Source: Enoplolaimus lenunculus
Taxonomy: Eukaryota
Reading direction: 5' to 3'
DNA length: 64,000 nucleotides
NCBI GenBank assembly: GCA_030248215.1
Contig: JASANG010002922.1
Location: 1 to 64,000 of the forward strand
Shown: one piece after another, positions 13,922 through 26,569 of the stretch
Numbering within the stretch: the stretch's first letter is position 1
Layout: the number at the start of each line of letters is the position of its first letter
Notes under the pieces: model-generated
What the model was told of the DNA's origin: nothing
Databases searched by the model: none
Seen by the model: the letters and a program-made list of their open reading frames with translations, nothing else
Program-made: the position numbers and the translations under genes

Positions 13922-16900
13922 CTATTGAGCTGATTCGACTTGTTGTTGAGCACGAAATTTAGCCTCTTCTCGTCGCGTTATTCGTCCTGAAATAAAAATG
14001 TGAACCAGGGCGCATACGGAGGTAAAAAATATTCTAAGCCGGAATTTGAGTATGTTTGGCCGAAGATGGACATCTCGGTTAAACTTTGTTTAGGCGGTTC
14101 CAGTTTGAAAAATGAATTCCTGGTGAAAATCGCATGATGGATGATTTTTTGGAATTTTCTGGCACTTAAGCAGTCTCATCTCAAAAGAGCCTCTCTTCTG
14201 AAGCTACAGTATTTGGCCACAAACCATAGAAAGCTGCGCAGGCGTTCTGATCAGTTGAAGTTTTCCCTGTCAGCATATTCCAGTGTGCTGTGTGATCCAT
14301 TTCCTGTAAACTGTGACGTTTTCCGGCGAGACTGTAAAAGATTAACATTAAGCTTTAGACTATTTTGCTTAGGCTTAGATATAGGCTCATTCTTACGTTT
14401 ACGCTTAGTGTTAGGCTTAGGCTTAAGAATGTGCTTATACTGCTTTTCCGGCCCTGTTCGGTACATTGACCGTTTCCATTATGCAAATATCGAAAACTCG
14501 GTATGAGTTTATTGCGTATAAATATATTAGCTTTGCAATACAAATATTTGGCAACTGTTCGATTCGAAATAAAAATGATCAGATTCGTCCACATTCAAGA
14601 ATTTTGTGTCTCTTCACAATTCTCTCTATAAAATATTAATTTTTATACATCTTGGCATATTCTGTTAAATTTCAATGACTCAGTTTTCCACTGGTGTATC
14701 CATAAACCCCTTCCCACACAACTTTAGTACGAAAGTTGAGTGAAACTTACTGATTTCATTGTTCCGCAGTAACGTTTGATCGACTTTAATGCGAACCTCG
14801 TGTTTTCGGAACGTCAGCCCGACTTTAATCAGAGCTTTGTTTTCACATATTGCTTTGCCGATTGCCATCTCTGCAGTCGTACTGAATGTAACACCCTGAA
14901 AAAGTGAAAAAATATGAAATTCTCTAGAAAAGTAGATTTAAGATCGCAAATTGCGCCCATGTAAAGATCAAAGGCGGAACATTTCTTTTGTGGCACTGCA
15001 ATAGAGCAAGCTTAAGCTTTAGACTAATTTTTTGCTTGGCTTAGAAATGTATACTTCATGAAATTTTGAAAACATCGTATATTAGTTTAACAATTTTTTT
15101 TAATATTTTTGGCAGGGTACGTAAGTCATTATCAGTCTATTGCTTCCAGACGCTTCTGTACAGATCAGGGGGCGGACAATTTTTCCGCAGGACTGCAACA
15201 AAAAGCGTAAGCTTTTAGATTATTTTTTGCTTTATAGGCTTGCGCTCAAGCATAGGTTTATAGGCATGTGAAATAGTAAATATGACATCCATCGCTGCGA
15301 GAGTCCAACTGGGCTAAATCAATATTTGACCAGATTTGATATTAATAAAATTTCGTTTGACTTTGTTGCTCGTTTGGCTTGCAAGGGTTTCTTTATTGGG
15401 TTACTTTTGTCATACATGTCTGTAAAGGTCAAAATACATTGACAACCATAAAAATTCTACATCCGTCACTGTTTTACCTGATTAACAGCGTGAACTTCTT
15501 CCAATGATTGATTGATGTTTAACGCTTCGAACAGTCGTGCAATAAACTCGCCAGACAAATAGTTGGTTTCCAAATTCAAATATTTTAACGATTTGTTCAC
15601 TTGAAGCATTTCGATCAGAGGCTGAAATTACAATTGAAGTGTGTGCTTTCAAGTTTAAAAAGGCGTACGAATAGGGGGCTGGGTGGCCCGTGGCCCGGTA
15701 ACAATTACCAAGGTCAGGCATAGAGTTAAACTATAGCGTCACCTCGTTTGATATTATATGCGAAAAAATTGGCTGTCTTCTCGCTCGGAAGCCAATCATG
15801 CGTGCAAAGCGAGCTTGAAGCCAGACGCAATTTTTGGATTGAATTCATGCGGTGTTCTCAGAAATTCGAAAACAATTTTCCATGTTTTTTCTTTGTTTTT
15901 ACCTGTCGTGTGCGCATTCTGTAAAATTCCACCCGAAATTTTCGTTCAGTATATGTCCAATGGAAATCTGATCCATAGATCACCCTGTACTCAGTACAGG
16001 TTCCAGTGCTGGTTAAGCAAAGGGTAGCTGGTTAGGTTCAGCTGGCTCTATCATAGCTTTATCTAAAGCGTGAACGTAGAATTAAAAAACAAAAATAATT
16101 GATCACCTTAATAGTGTGTAGCGAATACAAATAGTTATACCTACTGTAGCGACCCTAATAAGAGGGTGTGGGGTAATAAGAGGGGGGAGGGGTCCCCATT
16201 TTGTGTCCCAATCAATAGGAGTCCGTATCCCGAATAAGAGTCCGTAAAAGCGGATAGTCTCTAAATCCGAATTAGAGTCCATGAAGGTCAGTTATTCCTA
16301 ATTGTAGTGCATAAATGACTCCAGGACAAAACAAAATTGAGTTCGAATCTTTACATTCCTAAGTATAACCTTGCATGATCGCTCAAGCTATTGGCGCAAG
16401 ACAAATAAACGTTTAATTCAACGGATAGTTGCAGTACCGGATATATATCAGTAACGAAGGGTGGCGGAGCGTAGGTTAAAAATAATAACAGTCCGTAACC
16501 AAATAACAAGGGGGGTACCCTATGGAGAGGCCAAATAAATATCAGTCCCCCTCTTATTCGGGTCACTACAGTCTAAACCTGAGTCGAAGCCTAAACCTAA
16601 GCCTAATCCCAAGCCCCAACCATCGTCTAAATCTGAGCTTCCCAGTTCCTATTTCCCCAGTCATCCGGTCCTTCTAATTGGGTAGGCCTCTATAATTAAT
16701 ATGGGCCTTAGAAATTAACTGCTTTGACCATACCAGACTAAAACATCTACGATAGAATCTAAATTTTTTTCATTACCTCAAGAGCGCTGTCTGATAAGTT
16801 GACGTTTGCCATACTTAATCGTTTGAGTTCTGTGTTGCTTCTGAGCGCATTCAATGCTCGCTGAATATCCGGAATCGGGAGTCGCTAAAACAAAATATCA

Positions 16901-19900
16901 TCAATAAAAGTAAGTGTGTTTAGCTTCATTAAAGTCAACAGAAAATTGTCGTTGCGGTTTAATAAAAAGTGCGCAGTCAGAAAGTTGAATTGGCATTAAC
17001 CTGGAATAATTTTTTAGAATTTAACACATTTCAAATATGGCAACCTTTGTAGTTCCCCCACAGTGGACACGTCCACCCCTCCGCCACAACAATTTGCTTT
17101 TCAGGGGGACTGCAGCCCCGATGAACCGCCAGCGAATTAAAACGATACTAAGCAGGATGAGAGGCTGCCGACCCCCCAAGCCCCCGCACTATAAGCGTTT
17201 CTCAAACTTAAGCGTCGAAACAGTTACAAAATTATTTCAATAACTTTAGTTCTTTCAATGATAAAATGCCTGTAGGGGGAACTACAAAACTGCTTCCAAT
17301 ATAATATTGCATACTTTCATATTGTTAATGTTGATTTCTGTCAACGTTGGGTCATTATCGACCAATCTCTGAACGCACAGCGCTAAATCTGTGTTATTTT
17401 CCGGTTCTGTGGGTCGTTCAACTGGCGGTAGTCCACATTTTGCGATTCCGGATGTTGTTTGATCTTAAACAGTTGTAGTTAATTTTGTAAACAGAACAAC
17501 AATATATATGTATGTATATATATGTTTCTTTTACTGTTCGGTGTAGTACCTTTTGAATGAAAAAATTTGGTCAAATACCAAGTTAACCAGAAACCTGGTC
17601 AAATACCAAGTTTTAACCAGATTGAAAATGAAACTGTGCTGAGCCAGGCAAGATGGAGACAACTGAAACCCTTTCGCTGGGGACTGCGAAGCGTGGATTT
17701 TCGCTGGAAACATAACTGTTTTTTCGCCGCGGGTTAAAAATTTAGGCTTTATTGTAGGTAAATAATTCTTATTAGAGTTTATTCTAAGTACAATCAGACA
17801 TTTTAGACAATATATACATCTCTAAGGAATCTCGTTTAAGTCGCCAGTCTACACGTTAAACCAAAAGGTCTTGGGAAAGGGGTGGTTGCGTGAACCCAAT
17901 ATAGGAAATTCTTAAGTCCTACACTTGCAGGTATTTACAGCGAGTATTTGCATATACTACTATTCGCAGCTGCAAGCTCTACGAAAAAATTTTGTAAGCA
18001 CAAATTTAACGACTTTCAATTGCAATTTCCCGTTACTAAATCTTGCGCATGTGTAATAACGGCGTTATGTTCAAAAAGTATTAATTATTTTATTAAAAAA
18101 AGATAAATATATTTTAATACCTGCCATCATTTGTTCAGCTTCATCCCATGATATAATACAATTTTCATTCATTGTTTCTGAAATTCGTGTAAAGTTTATA
18201 CTTATTAGCTTAATGACGCGAAAAAAATATCGGCCCTTGTAAAGATTAGGGCGAAACAATTTTCTGCGAAACTGCATTAGAGTAAAGCTTACGATTTAGA
18301 CAAATTTTTTTGCTTAGGGATGGGCTTAGGTTTAGCTTAGGATTAGGTTTAGGCTTAAGTATAAGTTCATTCTTACGCTTAGGCTACATTGCAAAAAATA
18401 ATGAGTCAAATTGATTCTCACCGAAATAGGCATTTCTGGACTACACAAACTGAGTCAAATTAGACTCCGCCAGAGTCAAATTTGACTCATTGCGCGACTC
18501 ACTGAGTTTAATTGGACTCTGACGGAGTCGAATTTTGACTCAGTTTGAGTAGTCCGGAAAAGCCTATTTCGGAGAGAGTCAATTTGACTCACCATTTTTT
18601 ACAGTGTAGGCTTAGGTTTAGGAAAATGCTTATACTAGTGTTACGGCCTTATTCTATACATTGGCCGAGGTAGCAAGATATAGATGAGCTATTCTCCGGC
18701 ATAAAAGTAGTAGCGGATCCAGAAGTTTCCAGAAAGGAAAAGATTGCGCGATATATAACAACTTACATAAAATTCCCGAGCGAAGCCAACTAGAAGCCAG
18801 ACGCCATTTTAGTGCTACACCTTAACATGAAGTCTTGGCTTTGATTCTGTTAGGAAGGCCTCTGCCCGTATGGCCCACTCCAGAATCATCCAGTGGCAGC
18901 TGGGTTCAATTTTTTTAATTAGCGAAGCAAACTGCTGAATTTCAAAATTTCAAAAATTTAACACATAGGAGTACTGTATATATTAGTTTCAAAAAATATG
19001 CTGGCCTTCAAAAGTAAACTATTTTCGTGTTTTAAAAATTATAACACCTATTTATTCCCGATTGATAAGTAAGGGCTGCTCATATGTGATATTCACACTG
19101 TAGTGACCCGAATAGGTGATAATAAGAGGGGGTCCCCATTTTGGGACCCAATCAATAGGAGTCCGTACTGTTGCGACCCGATTAAGGAGGGGTAATAAGA
19201 AGAGGTTCCTCATTTTGGGACCCAATCGATAGGAGTCTGTAATATAAGAGTCCGTAAGCGGATAGAGTCCCTAAACCCTAATTAGAGTCCATAAATGTCA
19301 AATAACCCTAATTGTAGCGCATAAATGACTCCAGGACCAAATAACTTTGAGTTCGAAACTTTAAAGCATACTTAAGTGTTGAAAGTACATTCTTAAGTAT
19401 AACCTTGCGTTCGCTCAAGCTATTGACACAAGACAAATAAACATTTGATTCAACGGACAGTTGCCGTACCAGATATATATCAGTAACGAAGGATGGCGGA
19501 ACGTGGGTTAAAATATATAACTGTCCGTAACCGAATAACAGGGGTACCCTTTGGACAGACCAAACAAATATCAGTCCTCCCCTCTTATTCGCTTCGCTAT
19601 TACATGGCACTAATGTCAATTGCGAAAATAGTAAACGCAGGCGTACCGGATTTGCCTCAAAATATACTTTACACGTTCAGAGAACGAGAAAGTCACACTC
19701 GACAGACAGTTTTAAAAGAGCAAAGTTGTACCAAACAGTTTCAATTGCAATTGTTTTTTTACAGTTAAAAACTTGAAATTTTATAATAACAAATTAACGC
19801 ACATTTTAAGTAATAAAACCCATTTCTTTCACTAAAAAATTCAAGTTCTTCTAAGTGAAAACTATAAGGCAGCGAACGCAGCTAAAAGCATCTATACACG

Positions 19901-22683
19901 ACGAATGATGTTCGTAGAAGAAGAATAAGTTTGGATAGATTGCGCTATTATTTCATATCTTGGCCCATGTAAAGATCAGGGGCAGAACGCTTTTCTGTGG
20001 GACTAGAAAAGAGTTAACTTAAGCTTTAGACTAACTTTTTGCTTGGCTTATGCTTAGGCTTACGCTTAGGCTTAGGAATATGCCCAGTTTTACGCTTAGG
20101 CTTAGGCTTAGGCACAGGTTTTAGGCTTAGGAGCATGGCTATAATACTGTTCCGCCCCTGTTCTTTACATTGGTCCATATCTTTATTGTTAGGAACTGTT
20201 GAATACGATATACTATAAAATCGCCATATTGTGAGACCCCTATAAAGTTCACAGTTTTCTTGGGAGTACATAAATATATATTGAAATATATACTGCAAAC
20301 AATGGTGAGTCAAATTGAGTCTCTCCGAAATAGGCTTTTCGGCACTACACAAACTGAGTCAAATTCGACTCCGCCGGAGTCAAATTCGACCGACTAAGCG
20401 ACTCAAGTGTGTCGAATTTGACTCTGGCGGAGTCGAACTTGACTTAGTTTGTGTAGTCCGGAAAAGGCTATTTCGGAGAAAGTCAATTTGAATCACTATT
20501 TTTTGCAGTGATCAGGGTGCAGCCGGACGGTTGCCTCTGGCTTTGGCTTCGGTAGAAAGTCTACCTCCGATTCCACCTCCGGTAAAATTTTTGCCGGAAG
20601 TTCCGGCAATTTCGGTAGTGAAATTGGGCACAGTTTTTACAAAATTTATCTGTTAGGCGTGTTTTGTTATATAACTTTTACCACAAATTGAGGAAAATTC
20701 TCCGTTTATTTTAACGTCTTGATTTGACTCCATTTCCTGGTCCGGTAAGTTTTGTTGACCTCAGGCTCCGGCTCCGGTATATTTTACCTCAGGTTGCACC
20801 TCGATATTTATTATTATAAATATATATACTATATTTTGCCAATAGAATACCTCTGGACCATAGTCAAGCTAACTTCGAGCCCATCCCTCAAATATGACAC
20901 TGGAATACTCATGCCATGTGTCTATGGGTTGACTGCCCGATATATAGAACAGGGCCGGATTGTTTTTCTGCAGGGCTGTTTAAGTTTTAGACTAAACTAT
21001 ATTGCTTGCTTAGACTTAGGCTTAGGATTAGGAATAGGCTCATTCTTACGCTTAGGCTTCGGCTTAGGCTTAGAAATATGTTCATATTACTGTTCCGGTC
21101 CTGTTATACCTGGGCCGGTTCACTTATAAGCTTAATATTTTCCGATTAAAACTTGGTTTCGAACTTATCAGCATGGCATGTGTCAAAATAACTTCTCCAG
21201 CGCTGATACGCGAACGTATATACAAGGAGAGGAATAAGATACATTTTCTATTAAAAAATTTGTGGGCAGACCCCAAAAAAGCACATTTTAAGAATATTAT
21301 CATCTAAAGTACCAGTAAGAAACTGAAATGAACAGACACCCGCCGGACATAAACCAGCTGTTTTGTTAAATATTTAATAAAATTGAAACTCTTAAGATTG
21401 ATAGAGTTTTCAATCTGCGCGTGGTTGGAGCGACTGTTTCCAGGTTAAAATGGCTGGGTTACGACCACATACCAACGTTTCATCTCACAAATTTTGCCTG
21501 GTTTTAATAGAAAAACGTTCGAATGAAGTCTGTCGAAAAATACGAGCTGTTAAAACCAGGTTACATATTTGCAAAACAAAAATACCGTTTTATTGTACAT
21601 GAATTGAAAAATACTATTGAACGAAACGGTTTCGAAATATACACAGGAAATTAGCCTGGTTTCTGGTGACGGGGCTCACCCCTCGTTTATTCCACCCGCA
21701 ACAGGCGTCGAAACAGCTAAGATTTATCATTAAGGGTGATGTTCTAAAATGACATTCGCTTCTCGCTCGCTTCACTCGTGAGATTATTTACTATTTTCAG
21801 TTAGCGCACGGCCCTTACATTTAGAAATTTGTGTTTTCGCCATTAACCCTTTTTCACATGAATATTTTCTATTTCCCCTGAGACATACTTTTATGCTAGG
21901 ATTCGAACTCCAGTGACTGGAGTGGGAGACGTACACCATCACCACTCAGCTATAGGAGCTTGACGCTCGAGCCCGAGGGGGCTCTCACGTTTTATGGTGA
22001 TATAGTACTATGTATACGTGTTGCAATTGTTAATTAACGTATATATACTGTGCTGAATTGCCTATAGGTAACTCAACGTGAGAAGGGGTTAAACTTTGAA
22101 ATTAGTAAAAGGTCCGGCTCAAAATTTGATTGGTACGATTTGTACTTTTCTGTGATCCGAGTTATTATATTAACCTGAACCTTGTGGCGAAATGTGCTCG
22201 CTCAACCTGCTCCAGTATGAACTCTTTTAGTCTCAACCCTAAAATGTGGGCGAAAGTGTACGGCCCATTTATAGAACAACTGCCGGATCGTTTTCCGGAG
22301 GGTCTATAATAGACTCAGTTTAAGCTTTAGACTATATGCTTAGACTTAGGCTTCAGCTTAAGTTTAGGCTCAGCAATAGGCTCATCCATACGTTTAGGCT
22401 TAGGCTTAAGCTTAGGAATATGCTTTATACTACTTTTCTAGTTTTCCGGACCTGTTCTATACATGGGCCAAGTGTACTATAGCGTCAATATTTCTGAAAT
22501 TACCATAAATTCGCTGTCCTTAAACGTACTCAGCAATTCATTAACATCATCATTTGATGCTTCAACGGTAAATGAATCCAACGCAGATTCCAGCTCTTCT
22601 TCGCTCATTTCAAGCGCGTCTTGATAGAAATTTTTGAAAATTGCATTTTTTGACACAAATTCGTGTTCCGGTGTTGCTGTCAT
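13922..22683 (-). CDS. TMOD: Tropomodulin (UNC-94/TMD-like). Clear exons 17315-17463, 16777-16884, 15478-15621, 14751-14895, 13922-13986; tentative 5' exons 18121-18177, ~22175-22228 and ~22504-22683
   Basis: Spliced peptide EPENNTDL..VQRLVDNDPTLTEININNMK, LRSNTELKRLSMANVNL, NKSLKYLNLETNYLSGEFI, AEMAIGKAICENKALIKVGLTF..LLRNNEIRR is the tropomodulin LRR cap domain. The 5' splicing path was not fully resolved. Confidence 0.88.
16142..16572. mobile_element. ~440 bp TA-flanked MITE with TIR CTGTAGTGACCCGAATAAGAGGG (copies ~19097-19605, 25371-25633, 31306-31750, 45956-46409)
   Basis: Five similar copies with the same TIR and internal sequence, most flanked by TA. IS630-Tc1-mariner affinity is inferred only from the TA flanks. 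Confidence 0.88.
18387..18606. mobile_element. Palindromic CACTG..CAGTG MITE rich in GAGTC/GACTC (copies 20291-20510, 25954-26079; related sequence ~28640-28895)
   Basis: Near-complete fold-back, TA flanks. This copy is nested in a TTAGGC MITE (18232-18666). Confidence 0.87.
19962..20175. mobile_element. Telomere-repeat-carrying MITE (GG-terminal TIRs, 8-bp TSD; Merlin-like)
   Basis: TIRs GGCCCATGTAAAGATCAGGGGC / GCCCCTGTTCTTTACATTGGTC, TSD CATATCTT on both sides, internal TTAGGC repeats. Confidence 0.9.
21843..22092. mobile_element. piggyBac-like MITE (TTAA-CCC...GGG-TTAA) with internal tRNA-like cassette; second copy 33781-34051 in opposite orientation
   Basis: TTAA|CCCTTTTTCACA ... CGTGAGAAGGGG|TTAA. 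Shared core GTGAGAGCC..CTCGGGCTCGAGCGTC.AGCTCCT.TAGCT.AGTGG ... GTTCGAATC. Confidence 0.75.
22262..22469. mobile_element. TTAGGC-carrying MITE copy
   Basis: TIRs plus perfect TSD AAGTGTAC. Confidence 0.9.
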
Positions 22684-22746
22684 TGTTATTTAAATTTTAA
22701 ATATACTTAGTAGCACAAAACTAAACACAAATATGTAAAGAACAAT

Positions 22747-23626
22747 GGCTGGGTTTCTGAAATCTTGGTTAAGTATTGACTTAAGTTATACTTTAGTAAT
22801 TACTTAAGTCACCGACTTAAGTAATTACTTAACTTTTTGAGCAAATACAAACAAACGCCTATGTGAGCTATTGTTATAAAAAGGAAGTAATAGTTTCGTT
22901 TTGATTAAGCAGACTTCATCAGTCTGCAATTTCAATGAAACCAAGGTTAGTATGCCTTCAAATTTAGTCATGGGTCATCCACGTTATACTGTCTACGCTA
23001 CTGTAAAAAATTGTCCCCACGTACGAGCCCCTAAGTCTGTAATTTTATTGTTTCCAAATTACATGTCCAAATGTCACTCATGTCCTGTATAGACCCTGCT
23101 GACAACTCGCACTCTCTCTAAACGACCTATGCTTGGTCACGTTGCCGTCTATACCCATGCTTAATTGTCAATACGTTATTTAAAAAACAACTGTTTTGTC
23201 CAGAGTCTGTCAGAAGGGACTCAGAATATTTTATAACACAAAGTTTGTCGGAAGGAACTTTGCTTTGCAATTATACAGGGTCTGTTCGAAGGAACTCGTA
23301 TTGTCAGACACTGTGTCCAGACAGTGTCTACATTGTCTTTAGTCCCTTCGAAGGACCTGCTTTCAAAACCCACTATCTAGTTACACCTTCTGTGAAGTCC
23401 TTATAGCTTAAGGACATTGTCGTTTTGTCCCGCCCTTAAAACCAGGTGGGTGGACAATTTTTTACAGTAGCGTAGACTGTATTACGTGGATGACCCATCA
23501 GCGACTTATAAGTATTTACTTTAACTTAAGTATGCTTCTAAAAACGTCAAATTGGTTAAGTAATTACTTAGCACGTATATACTTAAGTACTAAATTATAC
23601 TTAAACAGGGATTTGGAAACCCAGCC
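22747..23626. mobile_element. PIF/Harbinger-like MITE (ACTTAAGT-rich) containing a nested TIR element at 22971-23497
   Basis: Outer TIR GGCTGGGTTTC/GAAACCCAGCC with 3-bp TSD AAT. Inner ~45-bp TIR TGGGTCATCCACGT..CTACGCTACTGTAAAAAATTGTCC with 3-bp TSD TCA. Confidence 0.82.
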
Positions 23627-26300
23627 AATATCTATAATTAATATACTTATACAAAGAAGCTTTAGCCGGCCAATGTATACAACAGGGCTGTAACAGTTGT
23701 TTAAGCATATTCCAAAAACCTAAGTCTAAAGCCTAAGCCTTAAGTCAATGTGTAAAAAGAGGTAATACCTGAGCGCCTATGTTTATGCCACAGCAAACAA
23801 ATCGGTCGAAAGCTTGAAACTATTCTATTGCAGTAATACAGAAAAACGTTCAGCCCTTGATCTTTTTGGCTTGGTTTCATGCTGTTTCTGTTTCTTGCGC
23901 TCATTTACTTTTAACTCCTTTACGCCATAACAGGTTTAAATTTCATAAGACCAATTTCAGCTCTTTGGTATTAAGGTAGCCTGGTCCCTTTCAGTTCAAA
24001 AGGAACTTTGGCAGGAAAATCAGCAAAAATATTAAGACCTGTCCAGTATGACAATACCAAAAGTCCATGGTACCTAATAGCTTATAGAGACTGGCTGAGT
24101 TGTAGAAACATGACTTGAGTTCAATGTTTACATACGTCAAAATTTGATTTAAAGTTTTATATATCTGGCCAATGGTGATGGATATTAATGATGTTTCGAA
24201 CTGTCAGAGGTATTGTAAAAACGCCGAAAAAAAGTCTTACGCAACTATATGTATCCAAAATCTCAAATTAAGCTAAAAAACGATTTTTACAGAAACGCAT
24301 TCTAAAAGTTTTGCGTTTCAAAATTTTTAAATTTGTTATTTGAACATTTTTGTCAAATTTCTCATAGCATCGATGCTTGGATGCTTTTTAAGTTATAAGA
24401 GTTTGTTGGAAGAAAACTTGTTTCAAACTGTACTCAAACGACGCCAAAACGACAAAACAACATTAGCTCTAAATACAGCAAATTCAGCATAAAAATTCTA
24501 ACAGTCGTTTTTTGCTGCGAGAGTAAAGGTTTTAGGGATTTAAAAAACACTTGGGATGTTTTTAATGTTACGTCCAAAGCTAAGGCTGTGAGAGTAGTAT
24601 TTATTAGGCTGAAATCGCAATTATGACCATTATGTCGCACGTAATGGTGAACAATGTAAGGTTATGTTGTAAAATTGTGTAAACGCCAAAAACTAAAAAA
24701 TTCTAATCTTTTACGTTTCACTCGCGCAAGCTTTAGGCAAGTTTAGAATTTGGACAAAAACTCACCGAAACTTTAGTCTAAACCTAAATTTTTGCCTAAA
24801 TCTTTACCTAAGCCTAAAGCTTTCAGCTGAATTGTAGCTCTTGTAAGGTCCACACCCAAAAATACGCTCAACCAGATATCAAAAATATTAAAAAAAAAAA
24901 AAAAAAAAAGACAGGGGAAGAAAAAAAAAAGGGGGGGAAAAAAAAAACCAGACAACCAAAAAAAAACCCACCACAACCACAAAAAAAAAAAAATCAAAGA
25001 AACCCCAAAAAAACTTAACAAACCTCTACCATGCTTATACTACTGTCAACGACCCTGTTCTATACATTGGCCAACAGATGTAGTCAGCAAACTAGGCTGG
25101 CAGTAAATAAACAGCGAAACAGTAGTAATTTCTATTTTAAATCAATTTGTTTGCTGTAAAAGTTCCAAAACAAAAAGATTTAAAACATTCTTTGCATTCC
25201 TTACATTAAAATAAATGGAATTCAGCAAACGGATATTTGTTTTTTCGCTTAAAATTATGAGTGACTCAAAATTGCAGCTAATTTTGTAAGTTTCTGGACG
25301 AAACCTGCGTCAAAGACCACTGATGAATAAAAAACAACAGCTTTTTCTAGCTATTAAAACTTTGTTGCGGTACTGTAGTGACCTAAATAAAAGGGACTGA
25401 TATTTATTTGGCGTCTCTAGATCGCACCCCTGTTATTCGCGTTACAGACTGTTAATTATTTTTAACGCGCCTTCCGCCGCCCTTCGTTACTGATATATAT
25501 CCGGTGTTGCAACTATTCGTGGAATTAAACGTTATATTTGTTTTGTATCAAAAGCTTGATCAATAGTGCAAGGTTGGAACTCAAAATGTCGGCCGACTCT
25601 TATTACCGTCTTCTTAATTCTGGTAACTACAGTATAATATAATGGCGAAAGGCCTACAATAAATTTGGGATAAATAAAAAATTTCAAAAGAGTGGCCGGA
25701 TCCAGGATTTTCCGGCAGGGATGGATACCTTATGGGTGTTTAAACTTTACTGTCTTTGCATCGCGTCTGAGTTTGCGAAACCTTACTTATGTATAACTAT
25801 ATTTAAGTACGTGATAAACAATTACTTAAATAATTTGACGTTTGTAAAAGCGTACTTAAGTAAAAACTTAAGCCGATGATTGCATTTGACAGGGTTCGCA
25901 CTTATGATTTAGAATACTATTTTCCGTCTCATTATGAGTACAGACGCAAGGTACATTGCCAAACCGACTCAGTGTGAGTCGAATTTGACTGTGGCGCAGA
26001 CGAATTTTGACTCGGTTTGTGTCGTCCGGAAAAGCCTATTTCGAAAAGAGTCAATTTGACTCACCATTTTTTTGCAGTGTATCGCTTTGATGTAAATCAT
26101 AATTGATACGTACTTTCTTGTGGAACTTTCGCCAAACTGGTATTTCTTCGTAAGTAATTACTTAAAGCATAACTTAAGTAAATACTTATTAAGTAACGAT
26201 TACGGAAACCAACTCCGTGTTTAGTAAATATTTCCGTGCGTCAAAGTTCACCATTCCGCCGCAACGCACAAGAATTGATGAAATTGGTTCGTCAACGCTT

Positions 26301-26464
26301 CAGGGCCCGCAGCCATCTCACCTAGCTAGAGGAGGCTAAAAATTATTCAGGAGGGGCATTTCAAGGTTTTCAATGACTTACAAGCAAGGTTTAAAATCGT
26401 CTTGGGGGGGCAAAATTTTTCCATGGGGCTGAGCCCCCCCGGCCCTCGCATGGCTACGGACCCG
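26301..26464. mobile_element. Short hAT-like MITE (related copies ~30028-30196, ~32293-32460)
   Basis: CAGGGCCCGCAGCCA..TGGCTACGGACCCG with 8-bp TSD CAACGCTT. Shared core GACTTACAAGCAAGGT. Confidence 0.82.
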
Positions 26465-26569
26465 CAACGCTTTAATCATTTTCGGCTATTTTGCCGGTAA
26501 ACATATTTTGTCTTTCAAGGCGACTATGTGCATTGGAAAGTTTTCAGCACAGTACGTCTGATGGTATAG

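Noticed and set aside
18826..18900. Candidate tropomodulin exon
   Set aside because: The in-phase reading hits a stop, and the sequence resembles the end of a CAGTGGCGGATCC-type repeat.
24888..25030. ORF 24773-25021 and A-rich low-complexity tract
   Set aside because: Homopolymer-laden sequence after a poly-A run replaces the middle of a TTAGGC MITE whose right end (~25030-25072) is intact. It looks like base-calling noise.
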